Shown here: piece by piece, positions 40,323 to 49,233 of the stretch
Layout: the number at the start of each line of letters is the position of its first letter
Numbering within the stretch: position 1 is the stretch's first letter
Assembly (NCBI GenBank): GCA_013626165.1
Contig: NDHX01000002.1
Span: 639-64,638 of the forward strand
Direction: 5' to 3'
Source: Candidatus Velesiimonas alkalicola
Lineage (GTDB): Bacteria > Omnitrophota > Gorgyraeia > Velesiimonadales > Velesiimonadaceae
DNA: 64,000 nt
Translations under genes and position numbers: made by a program
Notes under the pieces: model-generated
The model's database searches: none
What the model was told of the DNA's origin: nothing
Seen by the model: the letters and a program-made list of their open reading frames with translations, nothing else

Positions 40323-40412
40323 ATTGCCTCCTTGCTTAAAATACACTATAATTTAGATAAATACAGATTATCGTAAGGTCTGTGTGATGAGTTTTTCTCA
40401 TAAGACCCTATT

Positions 40413-40500
40413 TAGAGCCTGTGAGCATAACTGCTTTACCCAAATGGCGCCCTAAGTAGAAACCAAAGGTGTGCAACCTCATGGGATTATCTTCAGGCTT
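40413..40500 (+). mobile_element. MITE-like element (family B) with terminal inverted repeats
   Basis: tagagcctgtgagcataa ... ttatcttcaggcttt; related copies at 37780 and 39591. Confidence 0.7.
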
Positions 40501-40630
40501 TTTTTAACAACCCCCGAAAAGTGTGTCACAAGGTATTAAAAATATGCCACTGAATTTATTAAAAAAGGCACACATTAGACATAAAAACAAGTTTTTTTTG
40601 TGAAAGAACAACTTATTGAAAGGAGGAACA

Positions 40631-41374
40631 ATGGCACCTAAAATTGGCGTTCAATTGTATAGTGTCCGAGAACAATCTGCAAATGACTATGAAGGAACCA
40701 TCAGGAAAATCGTTGAGATGGGGTACCGTTATGTTGAACCCGCAGGTTATCCGGGATCAACGATTGCGGAAGCCGCAAAGATTTTCCAAAGATATGGACT
40801 TCAGGCATTAAGCTGCCACGGCAAATTGCCGATAGGGAAAGACAAAAACCAGGCTATTGAAGAGGCTCAGATAATTGGGGCAAAATATATTATTAGTGGT
40901 TGCTGTCCTGAAGACTTTAAAACTGTTGATAAAATCAGGGCGGTGGCCGATATCTGGACAAAAGCCAGTGCCAATGCCACAGAACACGGCATTCAGGTGG
41001 GCTACCATAATCACGATTGGGAAATGTTTGATGTTGACGGCCGACCTGGTTATCAGATTTTAATGAACAATACCCCAGAAGAAGTTTTAATGCAGGTTGA
41101 TACCTACTGGGTATTTGTTGGAGGCAAGAAACCCGTTGATATAATTAAAGAAGTTGGGCCTCGGGGTAAGGTCCTACACATTAAAGACGGCCCGGGGGAT
41201 AAGACATCAGCAATGCAACCACTCGGAACCGGAAAAATGGATTTCCCGCCTATTCTCGAAGTTGCTGACTACGCCGAACTGTTGATTGTAGAGCTTGACA
41301 GTTGCGACATTGATATGATGGAAGCATTGAAACAGAGTTATGATTATCTATTAGGAATAGGTACACCCTGTTAG
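40631..41374 (+). CDS. Sugar phosphate isomerase/epimerase (IolE / AP endonuclease 2 TIM barrel)
   Basis: GVQLYSVR, YHNH..E, DTYW, LHIKD, VELD. Confidence 0.9.
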   Translation: MAPKIGVQLYSVREQSANDYEGTIRKIVEMGYRYVEPAGYPGSTIAEAAKIFQRYGLQALSCHGKLPIGKDKNQAIEEAQIIGAKYIISGCCPEDFKTVDKIRAVADIWTKASANATEHGIQVGYHNHDWEMFDVDGRPGYQILMNNTPEEVLMQVDTYWVFVGGKKPVDIIKEVGPRGKVLHIKDGPGDKTSAMQPLGTGKMDFPPILEVADYAELLIVELDSCDIDMMEALKQSYDYLLGIGTPC

Positions 41375-41488
41375 AAGTAAAAAACCTCTAAATGGGGATA
41401 ATATGTCTCATATGTGTATAACTTATACATTCTTTACTTGATTTTCACACTCTATCCTGTGTATAATAATATTGTGTATAATTGCAGG

Positions 41489-41562
41489 GGGCGGTTAGCT
41501 CAGCTGGTTAGAGCGTTGCGCTCACATCGCAAAGGTCACTGGTTCAAGTCCGGTACCGCCCA
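41489..41562 (+). tRNA. tRNA-Val (CAC)
   Basis: Acceptor GGGCGGT/ACCGCCC, anticodon arm ttgcg-ctCACat-cgcaa, T-loop ttcaagt; CCA not encoded. Confidence 0.93.
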
Positions 41563-41591
41563 CTATTAAAGAGATGGCAGGAAAACTCTAA

Positions 41592-42293
41592 ATGGAGCTA
41601 AAACAAATAATTGCGGCCTTATTGCAATTACAAGAATTTGATATTAAAATAGATTCCATGCAAAAAATGGTTTTAGAATTGACAAATAGGTTGCAAAATC
41701 AAAAACAGGAGGCTGAAAAAGAAAAACACGTCTGTCTGCAAATTGAACAGGAACTTAGACAGATAACCATCCAATCCAAACAAGAAGAAGGGGAGATGGA
41801 AAACAAAAATGAATTAATAAAAAAATATCAGCAGCAATTAAGCCAGGTAAAAACAAATAAAGAATATGCAATATTGCAGCAGCAGATATCAGGGTTTAAA
41901 GCGGATTATTCTTTAATAGAAGAAAAGGTATTAAAAATATTTTATGACATTGACAACATCAATAAAAAATTAAAAGAAGAGAAAATAATATTAGACGAAA
42001 AAATAAAACACTTTCAGGAACAAGAAGATTTGGCACAAAAAAAGATAAATGCTCTTAAAAATAATATTCTACGAATAGAATCTGAAAAAGAGGAAAAAGG
42101 TAAAAGTATTCCACGAGAGATATTTTTAGCATATAAAAAAATTTCAGCAAACATAGGAACAGCCGTTGTTCAGCTTATCGGAAATACCTGCAAGGGATGT
42201 TCAATGGATATTCCTGTTCAGACCAGTATTGACATAAAAATAAGCAATAAAATATGTTTTTGTCCAAACTGTTCTCGTATAATATATGCGTAA
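41592..42293 (+). CDS. Coiled-coil C4 zinc-ribbon protein (DUF164/CT398 family)
   Basis: LQEFD, VKTNKEY, CKGC, CPNCSRI; usual position upstream of rnpB. Confidence 0.9.
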   Translation: MELKQIIAALLQLQEFDIKIDSMQKMVLELTNRLQNQKQEAEKEKHVCLQIEQELRQITIQSKQEEGEMENKNELIKKYQQQLSQVKTNKEYAILQQQISGFKADYSLIEEKVLKIFYDIDNINKKLKEEKIILDEKIKHFQEQEDLAQKKINALKNNILRIESEKEEKGKSIPREIFLAYKKISANIGTAVVQLIGNTCKGCSMDIPVQTSIDIKISNKICFCPNCSRIIYA

Positions 42294-42319
42294 AAATCAA
42301 AAAATTTGATTTCAAATAA

Positions 42320-42675
42320 GGGGGTTGGTTAAATAGCCGCTCCGACTTGAGAAAGTTGGGGAGGAAAGTCCGGACTCCATAGGGCAGTGTACCCTAAGAA
42401 ATTAGGGCTGTCTATTCCAACTGATTGAATGCCGGGATAGATAAGGATTAGAGCCACAGAGACTACAACTCATCCCCAATATGGGGAAAGAGGGTGAAAA
42501 GAGGCAATCTCTACACGGAGCAAGACCGAATAGGGGATATCAAGGCGAGCCCGCCGTTATTCACGATTGTTTTTAGTCAGGTAGATATTCCGGGTTGGTT
42601 GCATGAACCCAGTGGTAACATTGGGACAAGATGAATGGCTATGAGATACAGAATCCGGCTTATAAAACAACCCCT
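42320..42675 (+). ncRNA. rnpB: RNase P RNA, type A-like but lacking P13/P14
   Basis: GAGGAAAGTCCGGACT and ACAGAATCCGGCTTA (P4), P1 ggggttg/caacccc, P8 with GAAA loop, P18 with GTAA loop. Confidence 0.96.
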
Positions 42676-42689
42676 TTTTTAAAAAAATT

Positions 42690-43055
42690 ATGGAAATGCC
42701 GAATAGACTGGTTATTGCAATTGTTCAGGATGTTGATACAGACGATCTTTCTTACGCATTTCGTGAGAAGTCCATCCCTGCAACAAAAATATCATCAACA
42801 GGAGGATTTCTTTCTGAAGGGAATACTACATTTTTAGTTGCTATCCATGACGAAGAACTAAATAATGTATTAGAAATAATCAGAACCAGTTGTAAACCAA
42901 GAACAAAAATTGTCAACACACAATCGTTAGAAGCACCCATTTTCCCACCCATAACAGGCATAGCATATCCTTTGAAAGTTCAAATAGGTGGTGCGACTGT
43001 AATTGTTATTCCAATCTTAAAGTTTGAGAATTTGCCTGCCCAACAGACAAGTTGA
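42690..43055 (+). CDS. PII-like cyclic-di-AMP receptor (DarA/PstA family)
   Basis: AIVQD.D, TKISSTGGFL.EGNTTFL, C..R, GGATV. Confidence 0.9.
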   Translation: MEMPNRLVIAIVQDVDTDDLSYAFREKSIPATKISSTGGFLSEGNTTFLVAIHDEELNNVLEIIRTSCKPRTKIVNTQSLEAPIFPPITGIAYPLKVQIGGATVIVIPILKFENLPAQQTS

Positions 43056-43163
43056 GGGCAGGTGGGGATTGGATAGATAGAAAGTAAAATAGGCCCTGTT
43101 AGAAGCGGGGTTTTTAACGGGGTAAGATTTCAGGTTAACCCGGGATTGTTGGTAGTTGTGCTG

Positions 43164-43191
43164 GATTAACATAATATATATTATAGGACAT
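43164..43191 (-). other. dif site (XerC/XerD chromosome dimer resolution site)
   Basis: Minus strand ATGTCCTATAA-TATATA-TTATGTTAATC has the 11-6-11 layout, is close to known dif consensus and sits at the strand-bias switch. Confidence 0.88.
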
Positions 43192-43254
43192 TAAACAAAG
43201 GGTTAATCTGACGAGATTTAAAATTAAAACAAGGATTAGTTCGTGAATTTGTTT

Positions 43255-43361
43255 TTTTACAATATAACGATTGGATAGTCTTTTTTTCTGTTGATTGCTA
43301 ACTGGCAAAGCAGTACCATTCATAGATCTGTTTATATCAACCAATCTTTGCTTCTTTCCAT
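43255..43361 (-). pseudogene. HEPN-domain (MNT-HEPN type) gene remnant
   Basis: MERSKDWL...YEWYCFAS(stop)QSTEK matches the W...Y.WACF.AQQ.AEK N-terminus of HEPN proteins. Confidence 0.55.
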
Positions 43362-43384
43362 ATCCTTGTTCTTTTTTAATATTT

Positions 43385-43801
43385 TTATTCGCCGATTATT
43401 TTAATCAGAACTCTTTTTCGCCTTTTGCCATCAAACTCACCATAAAAGATTTGTTCCCATTGGCCAATGTCAAGATTGCCGTTTGTTACTGCAACCACAA
43501 CCTCACGTCCCATTATTGTCCTTTTCATGTGCGAGTCTGCATTATCTTCACCGGTTTTATTGTGTCTGTAAAAATTTTTTTCGTAAGGTGCAAGTTTTTC
43601 AAGCCAGATTTTAAAGTCTTTATGAAGCCCTTCCTCATCATCGTTGATAAAAACAGCCGCTGTAATGTGCATTGCATTTACAAGGCATAATCCTTCTTTT
43701 ATATTGCTTTTAACAACAGTTGATGTAACCTCGTCCGTAATGTTAATAAATTCTTGTCTGTTTTTTGTTTGAAACCATATTTCTTGTCTATAAGATTTCA
43801 T
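43385..43801 (-). CDS. yjbQ: YjbQ/UPF0047 family protein
   Basis: MHITA, EDNADSH, GQWEQI.YGEFDG.R. Confidence 0.93.
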   Translation of the reverse strand: MKSYRQEIWFQTKNRQEFINITDEVTSTVVKSNIKEGLCLVNAMHITAAVFINDDEEGLHKDFKIWLEKLAPYEKNFYRHNKTGEDNADSHMKRTIMGREVVVAVTNGNLDIGQWEQIFYGEFDGKRRKRVLIKIIGE

Positions 43802-44490
43802 TCCTGCCTGCCATATGTGGAGGTTCGGGTGTCAGTATCAAAATTAAAATCCATTTCTTTATAGTATTTTATACCCTTAATTGAATCTTTTATTTTTGCA
43901 ATACTTCCCTTCCCTTCTGAAATAATCCCTATACGAGTACTATCAGTGTATTCTAATTTTTTTAAAAATTCAATGATAGAAGTAATATCTTCAACTTTAT
44001 CTTCTCGGTATTGCGTTGTAACTGTAATAATATCTTCTTTTGCAAACAGAAATGAGTGTTTTATCCAAATCAAGTGCCTGTGGTCTGGTTGATTATCCTG
44101 TACAAGAATATATACCGGATATTGTTGATAGGGCTTAATATTGGGTTTTGTTAAAAATACTGGTCTACCTGTAGAGGTAAGAAATATACATTCATACATA
44201 TCAATTCCATATGAAGTCTTAACAAATTTTCTTACTGTTTTAATTACCTGTTCGTAGTCTTCTTTTTCAAATGCTTCTTTTATTTTGTTTCTATACAAAT
44301 TTATCTGTGAGAGGGGAAGTTTTTCTTCTTTTTTAACCTGTGAAACAATAAATCTACCTGCGTCTATAACTGTTTTAGTAATTGGATCCGGTGTTTTTAT
44401 TCTGCCTTTCCCATTTGCAAATAAGCAGGGAGCTAAAAAAAAGACAAATATTATACAATTAAACCAACGCCTTTTTCTCCGATAAAAATA
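43798..44490 (-). CDS. Hypothetical exported protein (start uncertain)
   Basis: Long ORF with signal-like [19 protein letters not shown]-terminal D.TRIGII resembles a degenerate alpha/beta hydrolase. Confidence 0.55.
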   Translation of the reverse strand, partial: YFYRRKRRWFNCIIFVFFLAPCLFANGKGRIKTPDPITKTVIDAGRFIVSQVKKEEKLPLSQINLYRNKIKEAFEKEDYEQVIKTVRKFVKTSYGIDMYECIFLTSTGRPVFLTKPNIKPYQQYPVYILVQDNQPDHRHLIWIKHSFLFAKEDIITVTTQYREDKVEDITSIIEFLKKLEYTDSTRIGIISEGKGSIAKIKDSIKGIKYYKEMDFNFDTDTRTSTYGRQE

Positions 44491-44971
44491 TTTTTCTGCA
44501 TTCAGAAAAAAATTGCTTATAATCTTGTGTTCTAAAATCAGGATATGTCCAGGGTAAATTTTCATATTTGTTTTTATACCAGTATAGTGTAATTTCTGCA
44601 TAAATATTATAACCTATATATATTCTGTGTGAAGCAAATTTTGTGCTTGCAAGAACAACGGAACCTTCGTTTATATATCCTGGGTCAAGATTAACAATCC
44701 TTTTTCTCTGTTTTGATGTCTTTTTTTCTATTTCACCGCAGAGTAATTTAATTTTTGAAAGATTTTCTTCAGTGTGGATGCCTGTTATCAAAAAAATTTT
44801 TTTATAAAGAGGATTTTCCATTTCTTCTTTATAATAATCCGTAAAATTAAAATCAAAGGTTTTACTCTCTGTCTGTATCAATCTCCATGGATCAGGGAGT
44901 TTTTGAATAGAGGCCTGCATCATATCAGGATTTTTAGAAATTACACCTATAAAATATTTTACAGGTTTCAT
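44459..44971 (-). CDS. DUF4416 family protein
   Basis: FTDYY.EEM, R.VNLDPGY, HRIY, PWTYPD. Confidence 0.9.
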   Translation of the reverse strand: MKPVKYFIGVISKNPDMMQASIQKLPDPWRLIQTESKTFDFNFTDYYKEEMENPLYKKIFLITGIHTEENLSKIKLLCGEIEKKTSKQRKRIVNLDPGYINEGSVVLASTKFASHRIYIGYNIYAEITLYWYKNKYENLPWTYPDFRTQDYKQFFSECRKIFLSEKKALV

Positions 44972-44974
44972 AAA

Positions 44975-45592
44975 TTAGATTTCTTTTAATCTATAAACAA
45001 TACCCTTATTATCTTGTTTTTTGTCTATTCCTACAACAAGATATGTTTTTCTATCAAATTTGACATTATTGCCGATTTCGGTTCCATTTATAATATTTGA
45101 AAAAACTAATCGAATCTCCCCCTCTTTACAAGGAACAATCTCTTTTATCAAAACAGGGTCTATCTCTACAATACCCTCTTCTTCAGATTTAATGCTTGCT
45201 GTTTCTACAAATTCTTGTAAGAGTGTTGTATACCCTTTACCTTTTTGTTCCTCTTCTTCTATCTCCTTAAACGCATTTGTAAGATCGGTCTTTCTTTTTT
45301 CTGTTTTTGACTCAAATATAAGAACAGTATTACCTACTTTTATCTGGTCTTCTGTGTATAATTCTGCTTCTGTTTTAACAATTTTTCCATTTAGATATGT
45401 CCCGTTTGTAGAACCAAGGTCTGTTATAAAGTAGCCTGTTTTTCTTGCTTCTATAACGCAATGCCCCTTTGATACCCCTTCGTCATGAATTATAATTTTA
45501 TTCGTTTCTATTCTTCCTATGGTAGTAATTTCCTCTTGTATTTTAAATACTATTCCTTCATCAGGACCGCTTTTAACTGTCAATTTTGCCAT
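44975..45592 (-). CDS. FHA domain protein
   Basis: IGR, VS..H, DLGSTNGT.LNG. Confidence 0.9.
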   Translation of the reverse strand: MAKLTVKSGPDEGIVFKIQEEITTIGRIETNKIIIHDEGVSKGHCVIEARKTGYFITDLGSTNGTYLNGKIVKTEAELYTEDQIKVGNTVLIFESKTEKRKTDLTNAFKEIEEEEQKGKGYTTLLQEFVETASIKSEEEGIVEIDPVLIKEIVPCKEGEIRLVFSNIINGTEIGNNVKFDRKTYLVVGIDKKQDNKGIVYRLKEI

Positions 45593-45765
45593 ACCTCCCC
45601 CTAAAATGCAAAACAAAAAAGGAATATTAGAATGTTTGAGCCCTCTGTCTATCTACCTGAATAGTTATTTCTCAAAATATTTATTTTCAGGAGGTTTAAA
45701 CCTTAAAAACAGTATCTTCTAATTTTCCCATATTCTTTTTTATCTGACTTTTTATCATAATGTAT

Positions 45766-47928
45766 TTACATTGTTGTTCTAAATGGGCCTATTGGAATAT
45801 CAGGAAATGCCTTCAACCTGAATACAACAAGTATTTCACTGCCTTCACGTTTATCTTTACTATACACTATGTCCATTAACCAGCAACAATGTATATTCCC
45901 TGTAAGTCTGTATTCCTGTTCTTCAAACCTGTTTTTAATATCTAATCTCCCTTCTATATTTTTAAATAAAAATCTTTGATATACTCCTGCTGACCATTTA
46001 TCAGTAATCTGAAAGGATGCCCTTAGTGTTCCCTGTGTGCTTGTATCTTTTGTATATCTTGTTCCAAGTCCTACTGACCATTTTTTACCAATTACCGCTG
46101 TTTCGGTATTTACAGTATCAAAATCTCTGGTAAAAAAATTGTATTCTGCATCACTATAAAGACTAAGCCAATTGTACGGGAGAATCTGCAATTGAAGCCT
46201 TAAATTTGAATAATCTTTTTGATGTGGTTTTGGAAAGGGATACTGATCTATCTCCGCATTAAAATATACCAGTTCTACTTTTTCTGTATTTTTTATATCC
46301 GTTCGTCTTTTTATCTGAAGGATATTTTCAAGTGAGTATGTGTACTTGTATGTTTTGTCAATTGAGTCTATCTCATCAAACTGTGGAATTTTAAAAGGTG
46401 GAACCTGCGGGTCTATATATGAAAATCTAACCTGTGGTGTAATTATGTGTCTGAACGATTCTGCATTCAGGCCAAGAAAGTTTGTTTGTCTATCTATAAT
46501 TTTATAAAAGCGTGTATTCAGATTCCAGCCACTGTAAAATGCTGTTCTTGCCACAGGGTTGTCTGTCCGCTGATACAATGTTTGTCTTACACCGATATAA
46601 GGAGAGGCCTGTAAAAAGTCTAAATAACCAGGCAATGCTGTTACATACGACATTTTATTGTATGTATCAGCCCTTAATGCGCTATAATCCCTGTCACTGG
46701 GGGCTGGAAATTTTTTATTAAGGTTAGAAACAGAGTTTTCTGACCTAAAGTAAAATGAGCCATCTAAAAAATCTGTGAGTTTATAGTTTCTCAAATCCCA
46801 TTTCAGTTCAGGAAGCCTTTCTACCTCTTCCATCCATCTGTTCACTCTTTTTTGTGCAAAAAGTGAAAATATGGACTCATCCTGATTATTTATCACAGAT
46901 AGATATGAAATAGGATGCGGGTCTATTCTATAATCCCTCCAGAAATAGTCTCTCAGAAATGTTTCATCGCTTAATTTGTGGTATTCTGCCATTACATGGG
47001 TCCTGTCGTTTGGCCTCCAATTATGTCTTGCTTCTGCTTTCCATCTTGTGTCTCTTTTTTCATGCCATTGGCCTGTTGCCGGATCAAATATTTTTTCAAT
47101 GTTTCCTTTTTTATCCTTGCTTACTTCGTTCATATAATATACATTTACAATACCCTTGCCAAAATTTTCTGTTTTGTAAATGTAATCTATTCCTTGTGCC
47201 CATCCCTTCCTTTCCCTGTAATCTATACGAATATTACCTTTTGCATTTTCGCTTAAAAAATATCTCCATGATGTCAAAACATAATATCCCCATCTATCTG
47301 AACGACCGGGCACAACGGTAACATTAACCCTGTTATCTTTTAACGAATGGCTATAATACGGCAGATACATAACAGGGATATTCCCGATATAGAATATAGC
47401 ATGTCTTACCACAACCTTATCATCAAGATATATCTTTACCTGTCTGCCGTGTATTCTATGACACATTATATCCAGTGGACAGGTTGTGATATGTCCATCC
47501 TCCGCAAGGTATGACTTTTTTGCATATCTTTTACCCCGTTTCAGATGGGCATACCAGGGATATACTTCCATATCTGCGTCAAATGTTTTTACATATCCTG
47601 TATCAAAATGATATTCCATTTCAGGGGCTCTAAGAATTTGTGTATCCTGCTTGAGAAGGACATTTCCTTTTGCCCATGCAATTCTTTTAACTATATCAAT
47701 TTCAACCCTGTCGCAGGTAAGTACCACATCCTGATATTTTATTTTTATATTCCCCTTTCCTACCACTTTTTGTTCAGTTGTCATATATTCAATAGAATCC
47801 CCCTCTACAACAATGGGTATTTTTTGACGCTCCTTAACAGGTTTTCCCTGTTCCAGACCTGAAATGGGATAGATGTTTGAACAGGAGAATATTAAAAAGA
47901 ATATACATACATAAGATAGTTTTCTCAA
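45766..47928 (-). CDS. lptD: LPS assembly protein LptD
   Basis: OstA-like N-terminus, TTC, PVMYLPY, beta-barrel, C-terminal HCCW. Confidence 0.85.
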   Translation of the reverse strand: MRKLSYVCIFFLIFSCSNIYPISGLEQGKPVKERQKIPIVVEGDSIEYMTTEQKVVGKGNIKIKYQDVVLTCDRVEIDIVKRIAWAKGNVLLKQDTQILRAPEMEYHFDTGYVKTFDADMEVYPWYAHLKRGKRYAKKSYLAEDGHITTCPLDIMCHRIHGRQVKIYLDDKVVVRHAIFYIGNIPVMYLPYYSHSLKDNRVNVTVVPGRSDRWGYYVLTSWRYFLSENAKGNIRIDYRERKGWAQGIDYIYKTENFGKGIVNVYYMNEVSKDKKGNIEKIFDPATGQWHEKRDTRWKAEARHNWRPNDRTHVMAEYHKLSDETFLRDYFWRDYRIDPHPISYLSVINNQDESIFSLFAQKRVNRWMEEVERLPELKWDLRNYKLTDFLDGSFYFRSENSVSNLNKKFPAPSDRDYSALRADTYNKMSYVTALPGYLDFLQASPYIGVRQTLYQRTDNPVARTAFYSGWNLNTRFYKIIDRQTNFLGLNAESFRHIITPQVRFSYIDPQVPPFKIPQFDEIDSIDKTYKYTYSLENILQIKRRTDIKNTEKVELVYFNAEIDQYPFPKPHQKDYSNLRLQLQILPYNWLSLYSDAEYNFFTRDFDTVNTETAVIGKKWSVGLGTRYTKDTSTQGTLRASFQITDKWSAGVYQRFLFKNIEGRLDIKNRFEEQEYRLTGNIHCCWLMDIVYSKDKREGSEILVVFRLKAFPDIPIGPFRTTM

Positions 47929-48881
47929 TGCAAATCCTTTAAAATCTCCTGAATCATTTTTTTCAAATCATACTTTGGTTTATAGTCTATCGTCCTTTGT
48001 ATCTTTGTTATGTCCGGCACCCTGCATCTCATATCTTCAAAATCTTTTTCATATGCCTTTTCATATGGGATATAAATAATCTCTGAATTACTTTTTGTTA
48101 TTTCTTTTACAATTTCGGCAAGTTCTTTAATACGAACAGGTTCACTGCTTCCTATATTAAATATCTCAGACTCTGCTTTTTCTGTGTTCATAAGACCTAC
48201 GGTTGCCTCTATCGCATCACAAACATATGTAAATGTTCTTATCTGTTCTCCATCCCCGTACACTGTAATAGGTTTTTCAGAGAGTGCCTGTTCTATAAAT
48301 CTTGGGATCACCATACCATACCTGCCCGTCTGTCTTGGTCCGCATATATTAAAGAACCTTCCGATAACAGCCTTTAATCCCCTTTCCCTTCGGTATGCTG
48401 CAACCAAAAACTCATCCATTGTCTTTGAACAGGCATAACTCCATCTGAATATCCTTGTTGAGCCGAGTATCCTATCGTCATCTTCCGAGAGTGGCACCTT
48501 TTCATTTTTTCCATATATCTCACTTGAAGATGCTATAAACACCTTTTTATTAAAAGTGCTTACAATATCTAAAATATTTTCTGTGCCTTGCACATTTATC
48601 TGGAGTGATTTTAAGGGATGGTCAAGTACATAACAAACCCCGACAGATGCCGCAAAATGATATATAACATCTACACTCTGGATAAGGTCACTTAATAGGT
48701 TATGGTTAAATATTGTATCATGAAAAAAATGACATCTATCCCCGATTAGATGTTCAATATTTAATTTTGAACCTGTTGATAGGTCATCTAATATAAAAAC
48801 CTCATCTAAATCTTTAACAAGCCTTTCTGCAAGATGGGAACCTATAAAACCAGCACCACCGGTTATTAATACTTTTGGCAT
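47925..48881 (-). CDS. NAD-dependent nucleotide-sugar epimerase/dehydratase
   Basis: TGGAGFIGSH, ASSSE.YG, YACSK, GPRQ.G.YGMV.PRF. Confidence 0.92.
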   Translation of the reverse strand: MPKVLITGGAGFIGSHLAERLVKDLDEVFILDDLSTGSKLNIEHLIGDRCHFFHDTIFNHNLLSDLIQSVDVIYHFAASVGVCYVLDHPLKSLQINVQGTENILDIVSTFNKKVFIASSSEIYGKNEKVPLSEDDDRILGSTRIFRWSYACSKTMDEFLVAAYRRERGLKAVIGRFFNICGPRQTGRYGMVIPRFIEQALSEKPITVYGDGEQIRTFTYVCDAIEATVGLMNTEKAESEIFNIGSSEPVRIKELAEIVKEITKSNSEIIYIPYEKAYEKDFEDMRCRVPDITKIQRTIDYKPKYDLKKMIQEILKDLH

Positions 48882-49040
48882 ATTATTTTATTACTGACCT
48901 AACAATCTTTTTGTGAACTTTTTCTTTTGGGCCAAACAGAATCTTCTAAAATCTACTTTTGACATTATAATAGCAGTTATATGACATTTCCACTCATAGT
49001 TGACATTCTCTATTTGTTATGCTAATATTTTCTCTCAACA

Positions 49041-49116
49041 GGCCCCATCGTCTAGTGGCCAAGGACGGATGGTTCTCAGCCATCAAACAGGGGTTCAATT
49101 CCCCTTGGGGCTACCA
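49041..49116 (+). tRNA. tRNA-Glu (CTC)
   Basis: GGCCCCA/TGGGGCT acceptor, anticodon arm gatgg-ttCTCag-ccatc, encoded CCA. Confidence 0.94.
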
Positions 49117-49124
49117 TATAAACA

Positions 49125-49232
49125 TAGTAGATAGGAATTAGTAGGTAGGAAGTAGGGTGAAAACAAATTCAAAAATCAAAAGCCCGCTCCTACCCTCTTG
49201 TTTCCCTATCTACTACCTACCGCCTACTATCT
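49125..49232. repeat. Palindromic element related to family A, opposite polarity, different core
   Basis: tagtagataggaattagtaggtagg is the reverse complement of the family A tail; ctacta/cctac repeats on the right. Confidence 0.75.
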
Positions 49233-49233
49233 C

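Noticed and set aside
42609-42626. Absence of P18 in the RNase P RNA
   Set aside because: cccagtg-gtaa-cattggg is a normal P18; only P13/P14 (and P19) are missing.
42631-42837. 68-aa ORF
   Set aside because: Starts inside rnpB and overlaps the DarA gene out of frame.
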